64,000 nucleotides of DNA, from positions 233,895-297,894 of the IMG/VR virus record IMGVR_UViG_3300009181_000033. One strand, 5' to 3'. Positions 47,431-57,113 of this stretch are shown in pieces. Below the pieces are notes generated by a model. That model did no database searches. It worked only from the letters and a program-made list of their open reading frames with translations, and had not been told where the DNA came from. The position numbers were made by a program, and so were the translations under genes. Numbering within the stretch: the stretch's first letter is position 1; each line of letters begins with the position of its first letter.

Positions 47431-49941
47431 TTAGTTAAAATTTTTCCTATAAAGAACTGGCGTTATCCACTCAGAATCAACGTATATTTCATTGGAATAG
47501 CCGGGTTCATCAATATCGTAATGTGGCATTAATGGTACAATAATATAGTAAATCGAACCCACATCGTCCTTGTTTAATTCATGATAGATATAATTTTTAT
47601 GGGTTTTACCCAAAAATTTCCTAACACCGTTTACTACCTTCATGACAAGAAAAGAGTCATAGAATACTCCCGCGGCATTTCTTACGCTAAAGTTTATTTC
47701 CCAATTAATTCTTATGGTGTCTATGTCAAGCCTAAACGCGTTAACATTTTTAATGGATATGGCGTCGACAAAACTATTGCTTTTAATCTCCTGTGTCAAA
47801 CCATATTGTTCGGCTGTCATTGTTTCGTATGTGTCGATAACTGGGACTCCGTCTAGTTCGAAATTTAAAACTCCAGTTAATTTTGTAAGTGGATTCTCCC
47901 ATTTGTAGGGCGAGTAAAACCACTTTTTACCGTTCACTTCTCCGTTTTCAACATAATCCTTGAAGAGAGTAAGCGGATTTCTTCTATAAGTTATGATTTT
48001 ATAAACGTATTTATTGTAAGGATCATAAGGAAGCAGCGCATTTTTAGTCCTACTTTCATTATCATCTATAAAAGTACCATCTCCCATTAGGGTAAAGCTT
48101 TCTCTCACACAAGTCGTTAAATTTAATCTAACTACTTCATGGACTATAATACCTGTGTAGTCTTTTTTAGGAATGGCAGAAGTGGATATGTTCGACGAAT
48201 TAACGAAATAATCATATAGTTCCGGTGAAAACTCCTTTAATATGCTAGTGATTTTATCGTCTTCTTTTTGTGATGTGGTTGTTATTATGTTAAAAGCAAC
48301 ATTTTCAAAAGAAACATCTGCAGTTGATACAATACTAACATCAATTGGATTCTCAAAATAAGAAAGTAGAGGATGTTTATAAAACATGAAATTTGATCTA
48401 TTTTCTACTATTCCATTGTCAACAGAAACATAATATTCGAATATTTCGCCTGGTTCATACGGAACAGACAACGTAGTCTCAGATTCGCCAATAGTCGTAG
48501 AAATCATTGAAGCTAATATATAGCCTCCCTCATATTCCTTTGTAAATCCATTTGACAATCTTCTTTTATAGAGAAAAATTTTCTTGCAATCAAATGGAAT
48601 ATTATAGACTTTCACAAAAATCATATCATTATTTTGTGGAATTTTATAAGCATCAATCATGATAGAATTGATAATCTTGTTTTGCCCCCAGATGATTTCA
48701 TTGAATACGTGTGATTCAACACCATCAATATTCACTGGTACTATTTTAAAAATAGTTATGGGATCGGAGGGTCTATAAATTATTGGTACACCTATTCTTT
48801 CCCTCAACACAGATGTCAAAATGTTATTTTTTGTATAAGAAGTTCTGACATTGTGCTGGTTAAAAGATGCCACGTAAACGTTATAAGAAACTATTTCTGG
48901 TCCATTCAAATTATCTTTAATAGTCAAATAACATATGTTATCAACCTTATTGCCCGTGACAACCAATTCTGGTTGATATATTGAGGCCTTGTATGCCTGA
49001 TAATGTATTAAACAGTCTATATTAAAATTTTTTGTTTCAACTATTTCATTGAGCTGTTTATGAACTTCAAAGGCTACGTTGATTTTAGAATTTTTATAAT
49101 TCATTGAAATTTCAACATCTGTTGTCATTTCAAAAAAATCAAGATCTTTTGTGGTTTCCCTTGTTTCATATAATATAGATTTATTTTCAAATTGACTTGG
49201 CGAAACAACGTGTAGAAAATATCTCAAATAATCCAAAGATATTTCTTTTTTGTTTTTCAAATAATTTGAAATAAATTTGGCATCATATGTGTCAGTCCTA
49301 GAGTCAAAAGACTCCTCACTTACAGAATGTGGCATGACACCATATCGGTTAATTGCATCTATTGCATTATGTGGATTGAATAAAACGTTTTCTGCAAGCT
49401 TTTTTGGCACATGAGGTGTTATGTCAGAAGCGTAAGTTTCAATGAATGTATAATTATATTCATATAAGTCCTTCGGAATGGTTGGAATGCCATAAGGAAC
49501 AAAAATTAAATCTTTTTCAACAATGGTGGTGCCGTCACTCTTTATGCCCTTGTGGTGCATCAATTGATTCAAACCTGAACTTAATTTTGATTGTGCCGAT
49601 GGTGATAATGGCTCACCACCTTGAAAAAACCCATTAGATTCTTTTTTGGATTGATCTCTTGTATTTATTTTTTCTACTTGTGAAGTGTTTCTAGAGTCAC
49701 CAATTATCACATCATTGTCTTGTGGAACATTAAAATTTTCGTCGGTCTCATTTGACTTGACCCTAATCACTAATTTTTCATAATCCCTAATATCTTCGCT
49801 GGTTCTCAAAGAAATTTTCCAACGAAATTTAAATCTCATCGTGTTCTTTGTCCTATCAACATCCACCAATTCAGCAAAGGCATCTTTGTTTATGATAAGC
49901 AAATCACTGGTGTTTTGATTTTTATTGTAAGAGAATATCAT
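47431..49941 (-). CDS. Hypothetical virion protein (beta-rich, possible FN3-like repeats)
   Basis: 836 aa, very AT-rich, ATGA-coupled to the upstream gene. Confidence 0.6.
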   Translation of the reverse strand: MIFSYNKNQNTSDLLIINKDAFAELVDVDRTKNTMRFKFRWKISLRTSEDIRDYEKLVIRVKSNETDENFNVPQDNDVIIGDSRNTSQVEKINTRDQSKKESNGFFQGGEPLSPSAQSKLSSGLNQLMHHKGIKSDGTTIVEKDLIFVPYGIPTIPKDLYEYNYTFIETYASDITPHVPKKLAENVLFNPHNAIDAINRYGVMPHSVSEESFDSRTDTYDAKFISNYLKNKKEISLDYLRYFLHVVSPSQFENKSILYETRETTKDLDFFEMTTDVEISMNYKNSKINVAFEVHKQLNEIVETKNFNIDCLIHYQAYKASIYQPELVVTGNKVDNICYLTIKDNLNGPEIVSYNVYVASFNQHNVRTSYTKNNILTSVLRERIGVPIIYRPSDPITIFKIVPVNIDGVESHVFNEIIWGQNKIINSIMIDAYKIPQNNDMIFVKVYNIPFDCKKIFLYKRRLSNGFTKEYEGGYILASMISTTIGESETTLSVPYEPGEIFEYYVSVDNGIVENRSNFMFYKHPLLSYFENPIDVSIVSTADVSFENVAFNIITTTSQKEDDKITSILKEFSPELYDYFVNSSNISTSAIPKKDYTGIIVHEVVRLNLTTCVRESFTLMGDGTFIDDNESRTKNALLPYDPYNKYVYKIITYRRNPLTLFKDYVENGEVNGKKWFYSPYKWENPLTKLTGVLNFELDGVPVIDTYETMTAEQYGLTQEIKSNSFVDAISIKNVNAFRLDIDTIRINWEINFSVRNAAGVFYDSFLVMKVVNGVRKFLGKTHKNYIYHELNKDDVGSIYYIIVPLMPHYDIDEPGYSNEIYVDSEWITPVLYRKNFN

Positions 49942-51440
49942 TCCGGATCCCTATCTCTTTGAGAAAGAACTATCGTAAACAAATTAACATAACAAGTGGT
50001 TCCTCTGTCATCAATAAAAGTTTTACCAATGAAAAAAACTCTATTTTTTTCATTGGGATCACTTCCAACATCATTTTGCATATAACCAAAATCAACAATG
50101 TCCAATTTAGAAACTGTATTGTCAACAATTTCAAAGAACTGCCCTAAGATATTATTATTTCTAGAAGTTTTTTCAAAAACAACATCTTGACTAGGATAAT
50201 TTTTTAGGTCTGCCATTAATTTTGACATCATTAACGTCATTTCATTATCACCCCATGAGGGATAGTCGCCTAGAAAATATTTTGTTGGTATGTTTTTTAT
50301 GTCTTTTTTGTTTGCAACAATCGAATCACTGACTTTAACCAAAGGTGGCAAATATCTAAAATTTTCTAAATTACTTAATTTGCTATCGCTAAAAAGAGAA
50401 TCGATAGAATTCAATGTTGGAGGAGCCATCGTAAGCTGCCTAAGTCGTCGTGCAGATATTTGGTTTAAATCAAATTTTATTTCTGAGTCAAATTTGCTGT
50501 TTTCAGGAGCCTTTGGGTAGATACTGAAATTATCGTCCTCAAACAATCTATCTATTGTAGAAATTATTTTTAGGTCTTGAAAGTTGTCAAATGAAGAAGA
50601 CAAAATATCAGTTATTTGACTAGAAAAATTTGCAACTTCTATTTCTTCTCTGTGTAATTTGCCACCCAACACCGGGCCCTCTAGTGATAAAGAAGACGTT
50701 ATTGAGCCTATTGTGTTAGGTGTTATTTTCAAAATCTGTCCACTTGCTATATTTTCGGTGCTTTTCGAATCCAAAAAAACAACATTGGCCTGTTGTGTTG
50801 CAAAAACACTGGGCCCTTCACTGGAGCTGATTAAAGAAATAGCCCTGACTATACACTTGGCTAAGGACTGCGCATCCAATCCATCCTTAGTTCCTATGTA
50901 CGCTTTGTAGGGTTTACCAGTTAGACCGCTACATCCAGCAAATGAACCGGTAATGAATTCTGATGGGAAGTCAGGTTTTATTAAAATGCTGGCCGTGAAT
51001 GCCCCCGCGCCATCACAATAAATAAACCCTTTTTCATCGTTGGCTTTATCGTACTTTAAAAAATTAAAAGTCTTTATGGTCCTTCCGTGATAATAAGAAT
51101 ATGCAGATAATTTGCCATTTATGAATTCACCTTGTGCTTGACTAGATCCTTCGCCAAAAGGCAAATTGATTCCAAGGTTTAAGTTTTGTTTTTTAAATGG
51201 AACTAATTTACCTTCGTCGTTAGCTTCAAAAACTATTTGATCCTGTGGCAAATTTGCTGCTTCAAAATAAAGCTTGCTTGTAGGATCTTCATGCCCATTT
51301 TCGACGTCTGGCAGATAAGAAACATCTGCATCAGTAAAAGTGACATAGGAGACATTAAACGTGCCTTCGGACATTTGTCTACGACCTTCGGACGTTATTA
51401 TTGCATCAATGATTCTGGATTTATTATCGAGTATTCCCAT
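49938..51440 (-). CDS. Virion structural protein
   Basis: MGILDNKSRIIDAIITSEGRRQM..F.VSYVTFTDADV.Y..FEA, paralogous to 40061-40810. Confidence 0.6.
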   Translation of the reverse strand: MGILDNKSRIIDAIITSEGRRQMSEGTFNVSYVTFTDADVSYLPDVENGHEDPTSKLYFEAANLPQDQIVFEANDEGKLVPFKKQNLNLGINLPFGEGSSQAQGEFINGKLSAYSYYHGRTIKTFNFLKYDKANDEKGFIYCDGAGAFTASILIKPDFPSEFITGSFAGCSGLTGKPYKAYIGTKDGLDAQSLAKCIVRAISLISSSEGPSVFATQQANVVFLDSKSTENIASGQILKITPNTIGSITSSLSLEGPVLGGKLHREEIEVANFSSQITDILSSSFDNFQDLKIISTIDRLFEDDNFSIYPKAPENSKFDSEIKFDLNQISARRLRQLTMAPPTLNSIDSLFSDSKLSNLENFRYLPPLVKVSDSIVANKKDIKNIPTKYFLGDYPSWGDNEMTLMMSKLMADLKNYPSQDVVFEKTSRNNNILGQFFEIVDNTVSKLDIVDFGYMQNDVGSDPNEKNRVFFIGKTFIDDRGTTCYVNLFTIVLSQRDRDPE

Positions 51441-51482
51441 GTCAATTACCACACTAATTTATGTTTAAACAAAACATTATTG

Positions 51483-52877
51483 CTAAAGAATCTTTGAAGC
51501 AAGTGTTGCCAATTCAGATCTCTCTCCCTTTAGCAGTGTTACGTGACCTGATATTGCAAATGGCTTGAATTTTTCTATTGCATAAGTCAAACCATTTGTG
51601 AACGTGTCAACATGAACGTTGTCAATTTGTTCTATATCGCCGGTTAAAACTATTTTGGTTCCATCACCTGCTCGAGTAACAATAGTTTTTAACTCATGCA
51701 TGGATAGATTTTGAGCTTCATCAATTATCATAAATGCATTGGGAATTGATCTACCCCTAATGAAGGAAATTGCTTCGATCTCTATAAGGCCCTTTTGTTG
51801 CATTAATTCAAGATAGGGATCTTTAAATCCACCAGGCTGTTGTTCGGAGCTCTTTTTTCTATTATTCATGCTTTGTTTCTTCAAAGAAGAGCCAAGCAAG
51901 TATTCAAGATTGTCCCTTATTGGAGCAATCCATGGCTCCATTTTTTCCTCCAAAGTCCCAGGAAGAAAACCAATATCTCGACCAACGGGTTGCACTGGTC
52001 TAGAAACTATTAACTTTTGATATATCGGTTTTTTTCCCAATGAATCAAGCTGTTCAAGACCCGCTGCTAGAGCCAACAATGTTTTTCCGCAGCCTGCTCT
52101 TCCGGTAAGGGTCATTAACTTAACTTCAGGATTTAACAATAAATCCATGGAAAAAACTTGTTCTTTATTTCTACACCTTATGCCAAAAACATTTTCATGT
52201 TTTTGCACATGTACCAAACTGCCATCAGCTTGATTTCTGGCCAGGGCCGAATTTGTCGTATTTCCAGCGCTATTGATAGATTTTAGAACGACTATTTGAT
52301 TGGGAAAAAATGCCTCTTGAGAAACATCGGAAGTGATCATCTTTTTTTCTTGATAAAAAGAATCAACAATTTCCTCCGTCGTTTCTACAACTTTTACGCC
52401 TGTATACAGAGAATCAACATTGTCAGAAACTCTATTGCTCAAATAGTCTTCTGCTTGAATTCCAAGAGAAGAACACTTTATCCTGATATTAATATCCTTG
52501 GAAATTAATATGACATCTGGGTCAACTTCCTTCATTTGAAGGATGAACCCAATGATCATATTATCAACAGAGGAACCGTATCCCAAATCAGAAGGCAAAA
52601 GATCCTTGTGTTCTCGTGAACAAGAAATAATTTTTAACTTGCCTCCACCAGGTAGATCAATTCCTTCCTTGAAATTTTGATCTCCTGACACGGATAAATC
52701 ATTTAGTTTTCTGGTGACCTCTCTGCAATTTCTACCGACCTCATCGGATCTAATCTTATGTTTGTCCAATTCCTCTAGAACCATCATGGGAATGATGAGG
52801 TCGTTATCTTCAAAATTTCTAAAACAATTAGGGTCACTCAATAAAACGTTTGTGTCTAAGATGTATGTTTTTTTCAT
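51483..52877 (-). CDS. phoH: PhoH-family ATPase with N-terminal PIN domain
   Basis: YILDTNVLL..VLEELD..DN.I..SKDIN.RIK; GRAGCGKT; IGFLPG; RGRSI; IIDEAQN; GDIEQID; ERSELA. Confidence 0.93.
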   Translation of the reverse strand: MKKTYILDTNVLLSDPNCFRNFEDNDLIIPMMVLEELDKHKIRSDEVGRNCREVTRKLNDLSVSGDQNFKEGIDLPGGGKLKIISCSREHKDLLPSDLGYGSSVDNMIIGFILQMKEVDPDVILISKDINIRIKCSSLGIQAEDYLSNRVSDNVDSLYTGVKVVETTEEIVDSFYQEKKMITSDVSQEAFFPNQIVVLKSINSAGNTTNSALARNQADGSLVHVQKHENVFGIRCRNKEQVFSMDLLLNPEVKLMTLTGRAGCGKTLLALAAGLEQLDSLGKKPIYQKLIVSRPVQPVGRDIGFLPGTLEEKMEPWIAPIRDNLEYLLGSSLKKQSMNNRKKSSEQQPGGFKDPYLELMQQKGLIEIEAISFIRGRSIPNAFMIIDEAQNLSMHELKTIVTRAGDGTKIVLTGDIEQIDNVHVDTFTNGLTYAIEKFKPFAISGHVTLLKGERSELATLASKIL

Positions 52878-52936
52878 TTGATTTAAGTCGCAGTTTTTAT
52901 ACAATTTATGTTCTACGACAAACTATAGCATATTAT

Positions 52937-53215
52937 ATGACACAAATCAATAAATCAGACAATAAAACTAAGTTAAATGTTTTAGATAACACCACGTGCT
53001 ACGAAGCAATTGATAAGAATAAAACCACATGTCAAAGAAAAAATTGCCACCAGTGGATTAATCACCCTGGTGGTAAAAATTGCATTCATGTAACAACTCA
53101 ACAGGGAGCACTAACCCTAAGAGAAATAGGAAAAATATATGGCCTTACCAGAATGAGAATATGCCAAATAGAAAAAAATATCTATCAAAAAATAAGAACG
53201 TCCATACTCACTTAA
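52937..53215 (+). CDS. Stand-alone sigma-70 region-4 HTH protein with 4-Cys N-terminal domain
   Basis: LTLREIGKIYGLTRMRICQIEKNIYQKIR matches the region 4.2 pattern TLEEIG..F.VTRERIRQIE.KAL.KLR. Confidence 0.8.
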   Translation: MTQINKSDNKTKLNVLDNTTCYEAIDKNKTTCQRKNCHQWINHPGGKNCIHVTTQQGALTLREIGKIYGLTRMRICQIEKNIYQKIRTSILT

Positions 53216-53495
53216 CAGACTTCTTCTTAAATTTTCCAGGATTCAAGGCAGGCTCTGATTCAACAGCAGGGGGGACATTTTCCTCTTGCTGTTTTTCAAT
53301 TTGAACCTCTTCTTCAAGTGTCTTTATTTCTCCAACGCTATGAACCTCAACAACGTTGTTGCTAGCAAATTTACGATTTATTTCAGCTGAAGAATTCTCA
53401 ACGTTGGCGACGGTTTTTAATTCGTCCGCTGATCTTTTCTCGGCATCGATTTTTTGTTGCCAGACAATTCTTCTAACTCTTTCTTCTTGTCTCAT
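53208..53495 (-). CDS. Hypothetical protein
   Basis: 95 aa, SD GGAGA, ATATATAA upstream. Confidence 0.55.
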   Translation of the reverse strand: MRQEERVRRIVWQQKIDAEKRSADELKTVANVENSSAEINRKFASNNVVEVHSVGEIKTLEEEVQIEKQQEENVPPAVESEPALNPGKFKKKSVK

Positions 53496-53506
53496 TTTGT
53501 TTCTCC

Positions 53507-53544
53507 AATAAAATGGGCACAGTTTTATATATTTAACTGCACCC
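53507..53544 (-). terminator. Probable terminator after Hc1 gene, with late-promoter-like motif in the loop
   Basis: GGGTGCAGTT-AAATATATAA-AACTGTGCCC-ATTTTATT. Confidence 0.55.
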
Positions 53545-53552
53545 TTATTTTA

Positions 53553-53780
53553 TCACTGCTTTGTTTTCTTGGGCTTTGCTGGCTTTTTTGCGGCTTCAGC
53601 TTTCTCAAGCTCAATTGTAGACTTGACTAAATCCCTGGCATTGGCTTGCAACTGTCGAAGGCCTTTTCGAGCTCTGACACCAGCAGCAGCCACCCCGCGA
53701 GCATTCTTCAAAACATCGGACTCTATGGCTTCAATTAGAGCCTTAAGCTCTGTCCACTTGGTAAAAACATCTAAACTCAT
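53553..53780 (-). CDS. Histone H1-like nucleoid protein (Hc1 family)
   Basis: D..K..RG..AAGVRARKGL..L core plus Lys/Pro/Ala tail; SD AGGAGG. Confidence 0.75.
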   Translation of the reverse strand: MSLDVFTKWTELKALIEAIESDVLKNARGVAAAGVRARKGLRQLQANARDLVKSTIELEKAEAAKKPAKPKKTKQ

Positions 53781-53836
53781 TGGTTAATGATAACCTCCTG
53801 CTCGAAATATACGCACGCCATCAAAAAAGTAAACCC

Positions 53837-55486
53837 TCAGCCCACAGATTGAGTAAATTCTTCAGGAAACATATCCTTGTTTCTCAAGAAGAAACGATTC
53901 CAATCGGAGTCAAGGATGTATGATATGGCGTGATCTTTCTCATTCCTGATAGATCTACCAAATGACTGGATGATGGACTTCGCAGTCATATATGGATACC
54001 ACATTTTATTACGCTCCATCCTTTTTTTGACTACAAGATCACCAAGGTATGGAAACGGTACCTTGCAAAGAATTTGAAATCTAGATGCTTCATCGGCCAA
54101 GTCAACACCTTCCATCATCGATGGACTGAGAAGGATGGTTGGCTCTTTTGCTTCGAGATGTTTCTTGAGTACATCATCCCTGTTTGTGGAATCATGAACA
54201 AGTATTCTGCTTGATCTGATGTTCTCTTGGAGAAACTTGGCGACCTTGTAATTCGAACTATGGATGATGCCTTTATCGCTAGGGTGTTTTTCCATGAGCA
54301 TCTTGACCGCCTCAACCATAACCGGCAACGTCTTATCAATGTTGTCCTTTGACATGCTACCGACTGGCACATAGTGAATAGGCCTATTCTCAATTGGAAA
54401 TGGTGAAGGGATTCTCAAGTATGCAACGTCATTTGTTTTTAAACCCACAGAGGCGCAAAATACATCCTTGTCGACCACTGTCGCAGACATCATCAAGATT
54501 CTTGCGCCGTTCCTAAAAAATACCTTCTCACTATACGGAGAAACATCGATGGGCTTAAATTCGAATTTTCTGGCGCCTCTCTTGTTGCCTTCCTGTGGAT
54601 AAGCAACATTCATTGCCCAATTGTCAGGTTTATAAACCTCAATGAACTGGTCAATCTTTCCCACATGTTTCTCCAGCATCTCATATTGCTTGGAGTAATC
54701 TCCGTAGCCCTCGATGCCCTCAGAGAGCTTCACAAGATTCTTTTCCAATTCTTTGACATATTTATTGACCGACTTTTTGTAAGTAGTCTTAACCCAGTCG
54801 AAGACGGCTTGTTGGCTGTCCAGCTTTGGTATCTTGCACTTAAGTGCATCGCGAGCAAATTTCTCTGAAAAAGTCACTTCCACAAATTTACCGAGCTCTG
54901 TCTCCACATTGTGACACTCATCCACAATGAGAAGCGCACGTGGTTCGAGCTTGCCTGCATACGTTGTCTCTGCCAAGAAATAAGAGAAGTTAGTGATGGA
55001 AACGGGCGAATCGATGAAGTCTTGTTTTTCTAGGCTATAGTGACACTCGTTCTTACACTGCTTCTGAAAATCAGTACCATTGAGTTGTTTGCCCAGCTTT
55101 GACAACAGCCTTTTCGACTCTGCACAAGTCTGATCGGAATAAAACTTGCACTTATAGTTGGAAGATGACTTGATGGACCTGATAAGTCCCTTGCCTGACT
55201 GGGGACCGAAGTCGGACATGTATTGTTCCTGCAGCAGCTTTTGGGTAGTTATGACGTAGGCACCTGTCATGGGTTCGCCATCTTCGTTCTTTATGGTAGG
55301 CGCATGAGCTTCCATATAGCGCGCGATGGCAATACCAGTAGCACTCTTTCCACTACCCGTACCCATTTCAAGCAATACATGTCTCTTTCCTGACTCATAT
55401 GCATCGATGGCAAATTCGATAGCCTTCCTTTGTTCCGGTCTAATTTTTGAGAACGGAAAATACTTTAAGTAGTCGTACTTAGGCAT
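53837..55486 (-). CDS. DinG/XPD (Rad3-like) SF2 helicase with Fe-S cysteines
   Basis: RPEQ, MGTGSGKS, NYKC..C..C..C, IVDECHN, MSAT, SPF, EGVDL, KVPFP, QSFGRSIR..D, LD. Confidence 0.9.
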   Translation of the reverse strand: MPKYDYLKYFPFSKIRPEQRKAIEFAIDAYESGKRHVLLEMGTGSGKSATGIAIARYMEAHAPTIKNEDGEPMTGAYVITTQKLLQEQYMSDFGPQSGKGLIRSIKSSSNYKCKFYSDQTCAESKRLLSKLGKQLNGTDFQKQCKNECHYSLEKQDFIDSPVSITNFSYFLAETTYAGKLEPRALLIVDECHNVETELGKFVEVTFSEKFARDALKCKIPKLDSQQAVFDWVKTTYKKSVNKYVKELEKNLVKLSEGIEGYGDYSKQYEMLEKHVGKIDQFIEVYKPDNWAMNVAYPQEGNKRGARKFEFKPIDVSPYSEKVFFRNGARILMMSATVVDKDVFCASVGLKTNDVAYLRIPSPFPIENRPIHYVPVGSMSKDNIDKTLPVMVEAVKMLMEKHPSDKGIIHSSNYKVAKFLQENIRSSRILVHDSTNRDDVLKKHLEAKEPTILLSPSMMEGVDLADEASRFQILCKVPFPYLGDLVVKKRMERNKMWYPYMTAKSIIQSFGRSIRNEKDHAISYILDSDWNRFFLRNKDMFPEEFTQSVG

Positions 55487-55525
55487 GAAATGTATACTAA
55501 ATGGCGAAACAGCAAATTTGCACCA

Positions 55526-56134
55526 TTACTCTTTTTCGCCAATGATCTTGTCGACAATTCCTAGTTTGATTGCCTCTTCAGGGAGAAGATAAACGTCATG
55601 ACCGGTCGACATTATCTTTTCTATTTTTGTCTTAGTTGCCCCGGTTTCTTTTACAATTGCATCGACCATTTGGTCTTGGAGCCTCTTGTGTTCCTTGACA
55701 TCATTGAGGACATCAAACACGGTGCCTCCAACGCCGCCTGAAACGGGGTGAATCATGATTCTGGCAGATTTTCCGATCATTCTTTTGCCCTTGTGTCCGG
55801 AAGCTAGCAGCAACACTCCGGCCGACATGACTTTTCCTAAAGCAATCGTATGCACCGGGCAAGGCAGGAATTTAATGGTGTCATAAAGAGTAAACATTTC
55901 ATCGACTGATCCACCATAAGTGGATATGACAAGATGAATGGGTTTATGGTTTTGGTTGGCCAAGTGCAGTAATTGCGCAACAACCATAGAAATAGATACT
56001 TCGTTAACGTCACCATGTAACACAACTAATCTAGTAGTGTCTCCGGCACTCACATTGGAGACGACCATGGTGTCTTCTGAATTGTTCTTTTCTTCTGATT
56101 TCAATAGTAATTTTGCTGTAGGCCTTCCCATCAC
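55526..56134 (-). CDS. clpP: ClpP protease proteolytic subunit
   Basis: ISTYGGSV, GKVMSAG (Ser), IMIHPVSGG (His), D.YL.PEEA..LGIVD. Confidence 0.9.
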   Translation of the reverse strand: MMGRPTAKLLLKSEEKNNSEDTMVVSNVSAGDTTRLVVLHGDVNEVSISMVVAQLLHLANQNHKPIHLVISTYGGSVDEMFTLYDTIKFLPCPVHTIALGKVMSAGVLLLASGHKGKRMIGKSARIMIHPVSGGVGGTVFDVLNDVKEHKRLQDQMVDAIVKETGATKTKIEKIMSTGHDVYLLPEEAIKLGIVDKIIGEKE

Positions 56135-56391
56135 ATCTCCTTGTCTTGCATGTCATCACCACCATAAATCTTTGATATAAACAATGTATCGCCTTTCAAT
56201 TCTTTTATGTGCGATGTCATGTCCTTCATTTCGTCTATGTTTTCAAGTTCGAGACTGAGTTGATAAATGATTAACCATCTTTGTCTATCATTGACACCAA
56301 ATTGATTGATTTCAGAAACTATCTGACGAGCCTGGTTGTTATCGTATGCAATTTTTTCGGATTGCATCTGGCCATAAAATATTTGTTCCAT
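56131..56391 (-). CDS. Hypothetical protein
   Basis: Coupled ORF, SD GGGTGA. Confidence 0.6.
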   Translation of the reverse strand: MEQIFYGQMQSEKIAYDNNQARQIVSEINQFGVNDRQRWLIIYQLSLELENIDEMKDMTSHIKELKGDTLFISKIYGGDDMQDKEM

Positions 56392-56394
56392 TAT

Positions 56395-56865
56395 TCACCC
56401 TGGGAATGCGACGTCTGTCCTGTTAAAAGATTCTATCTTAAAAAATGTATCACTCATTATGCGAACATATTTTCCTTGTTTCGTGTCGCTCTCTTCTTCC
56501 TTGACTAGTATCACAAACTCTCCCCACAATTTGTTTTCTACAATAAACTGTGCCAATTCCCACATCGGTAAATCAACATTATTTCTCTCCAAAATTGCAG
56601 AAAGATTTGAAGGCATAGATGTCTTAATGTCTTCAATGCTTAGTATTGAAGAAAGATTTTCTTTTCCTTGCAATATCTCAGACTTGCATATGTCAATAAC
56701 CTTATGAATTGATCCACAATTGTTGCATTGAGCATATTTAATGATGACTTCATCATCATCTTTTATTGCAGAAAAAACGATGAATTGGTGGGCAGGTGGA
56801 TTGGGTGTGGACTTAAATTGTGATAAAACACATCTGCATTTTACCAAGTGGAGTTGACCGCGCAT
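56395..56865 (-). CDS. Hypothetical Zn-binding protein
   Basis: HLVKCRC...CNNCGSIH...C. Confidence 0.65.
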   Translation of the reverse strand: MRGQLHLVKCRCVLSQFKSTPNPPAHQFIVFSAIKDDDEVIIKYAQCNNCGSIHKVIDICKSEILQGKENLSSILSIEDIKTSMPSNLSAILERNNVDLPMWELAQFIVENKLWGEFVILVKEEESDTKQGKYVRIMSDTFFKIESFNRTDVAFPG

Positions 56866-57090
56866 TTATACCAACTTTTTTATTGAATTTTGAAAGTATG
56901 ATATTGCCTTTTGAGAAGAATCATCAAAAATGAAATTAACCACTTGAATTAACCTAGGGAGCTCCGAAGCTTCAATTTGAATTTGTCCATTTCGACTTGC
57001 ACTGATTAATCCGACAATCAAATTATCTTTGGTGCTATCAAGCACAAGCTTGGCTTCTTTTGAAATTTTATCGACGTTGTTCATGTTCAC
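56866..57090 (-). CDS. Hypothetical protein
   Basis: 74 aa, SD AGAGG. Confidence 0.55.
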   Translation of the reverse strand: MNMNNVDKISKEAKLVLDSTKDNLIVGLISASRNGQIQIEASELPRLIQVVNFIFDDSSQKAISYFQNSIKKLV

Positions 57091-57113
57091 CTCTTTTTAA
57101 AATAATTCTACTT

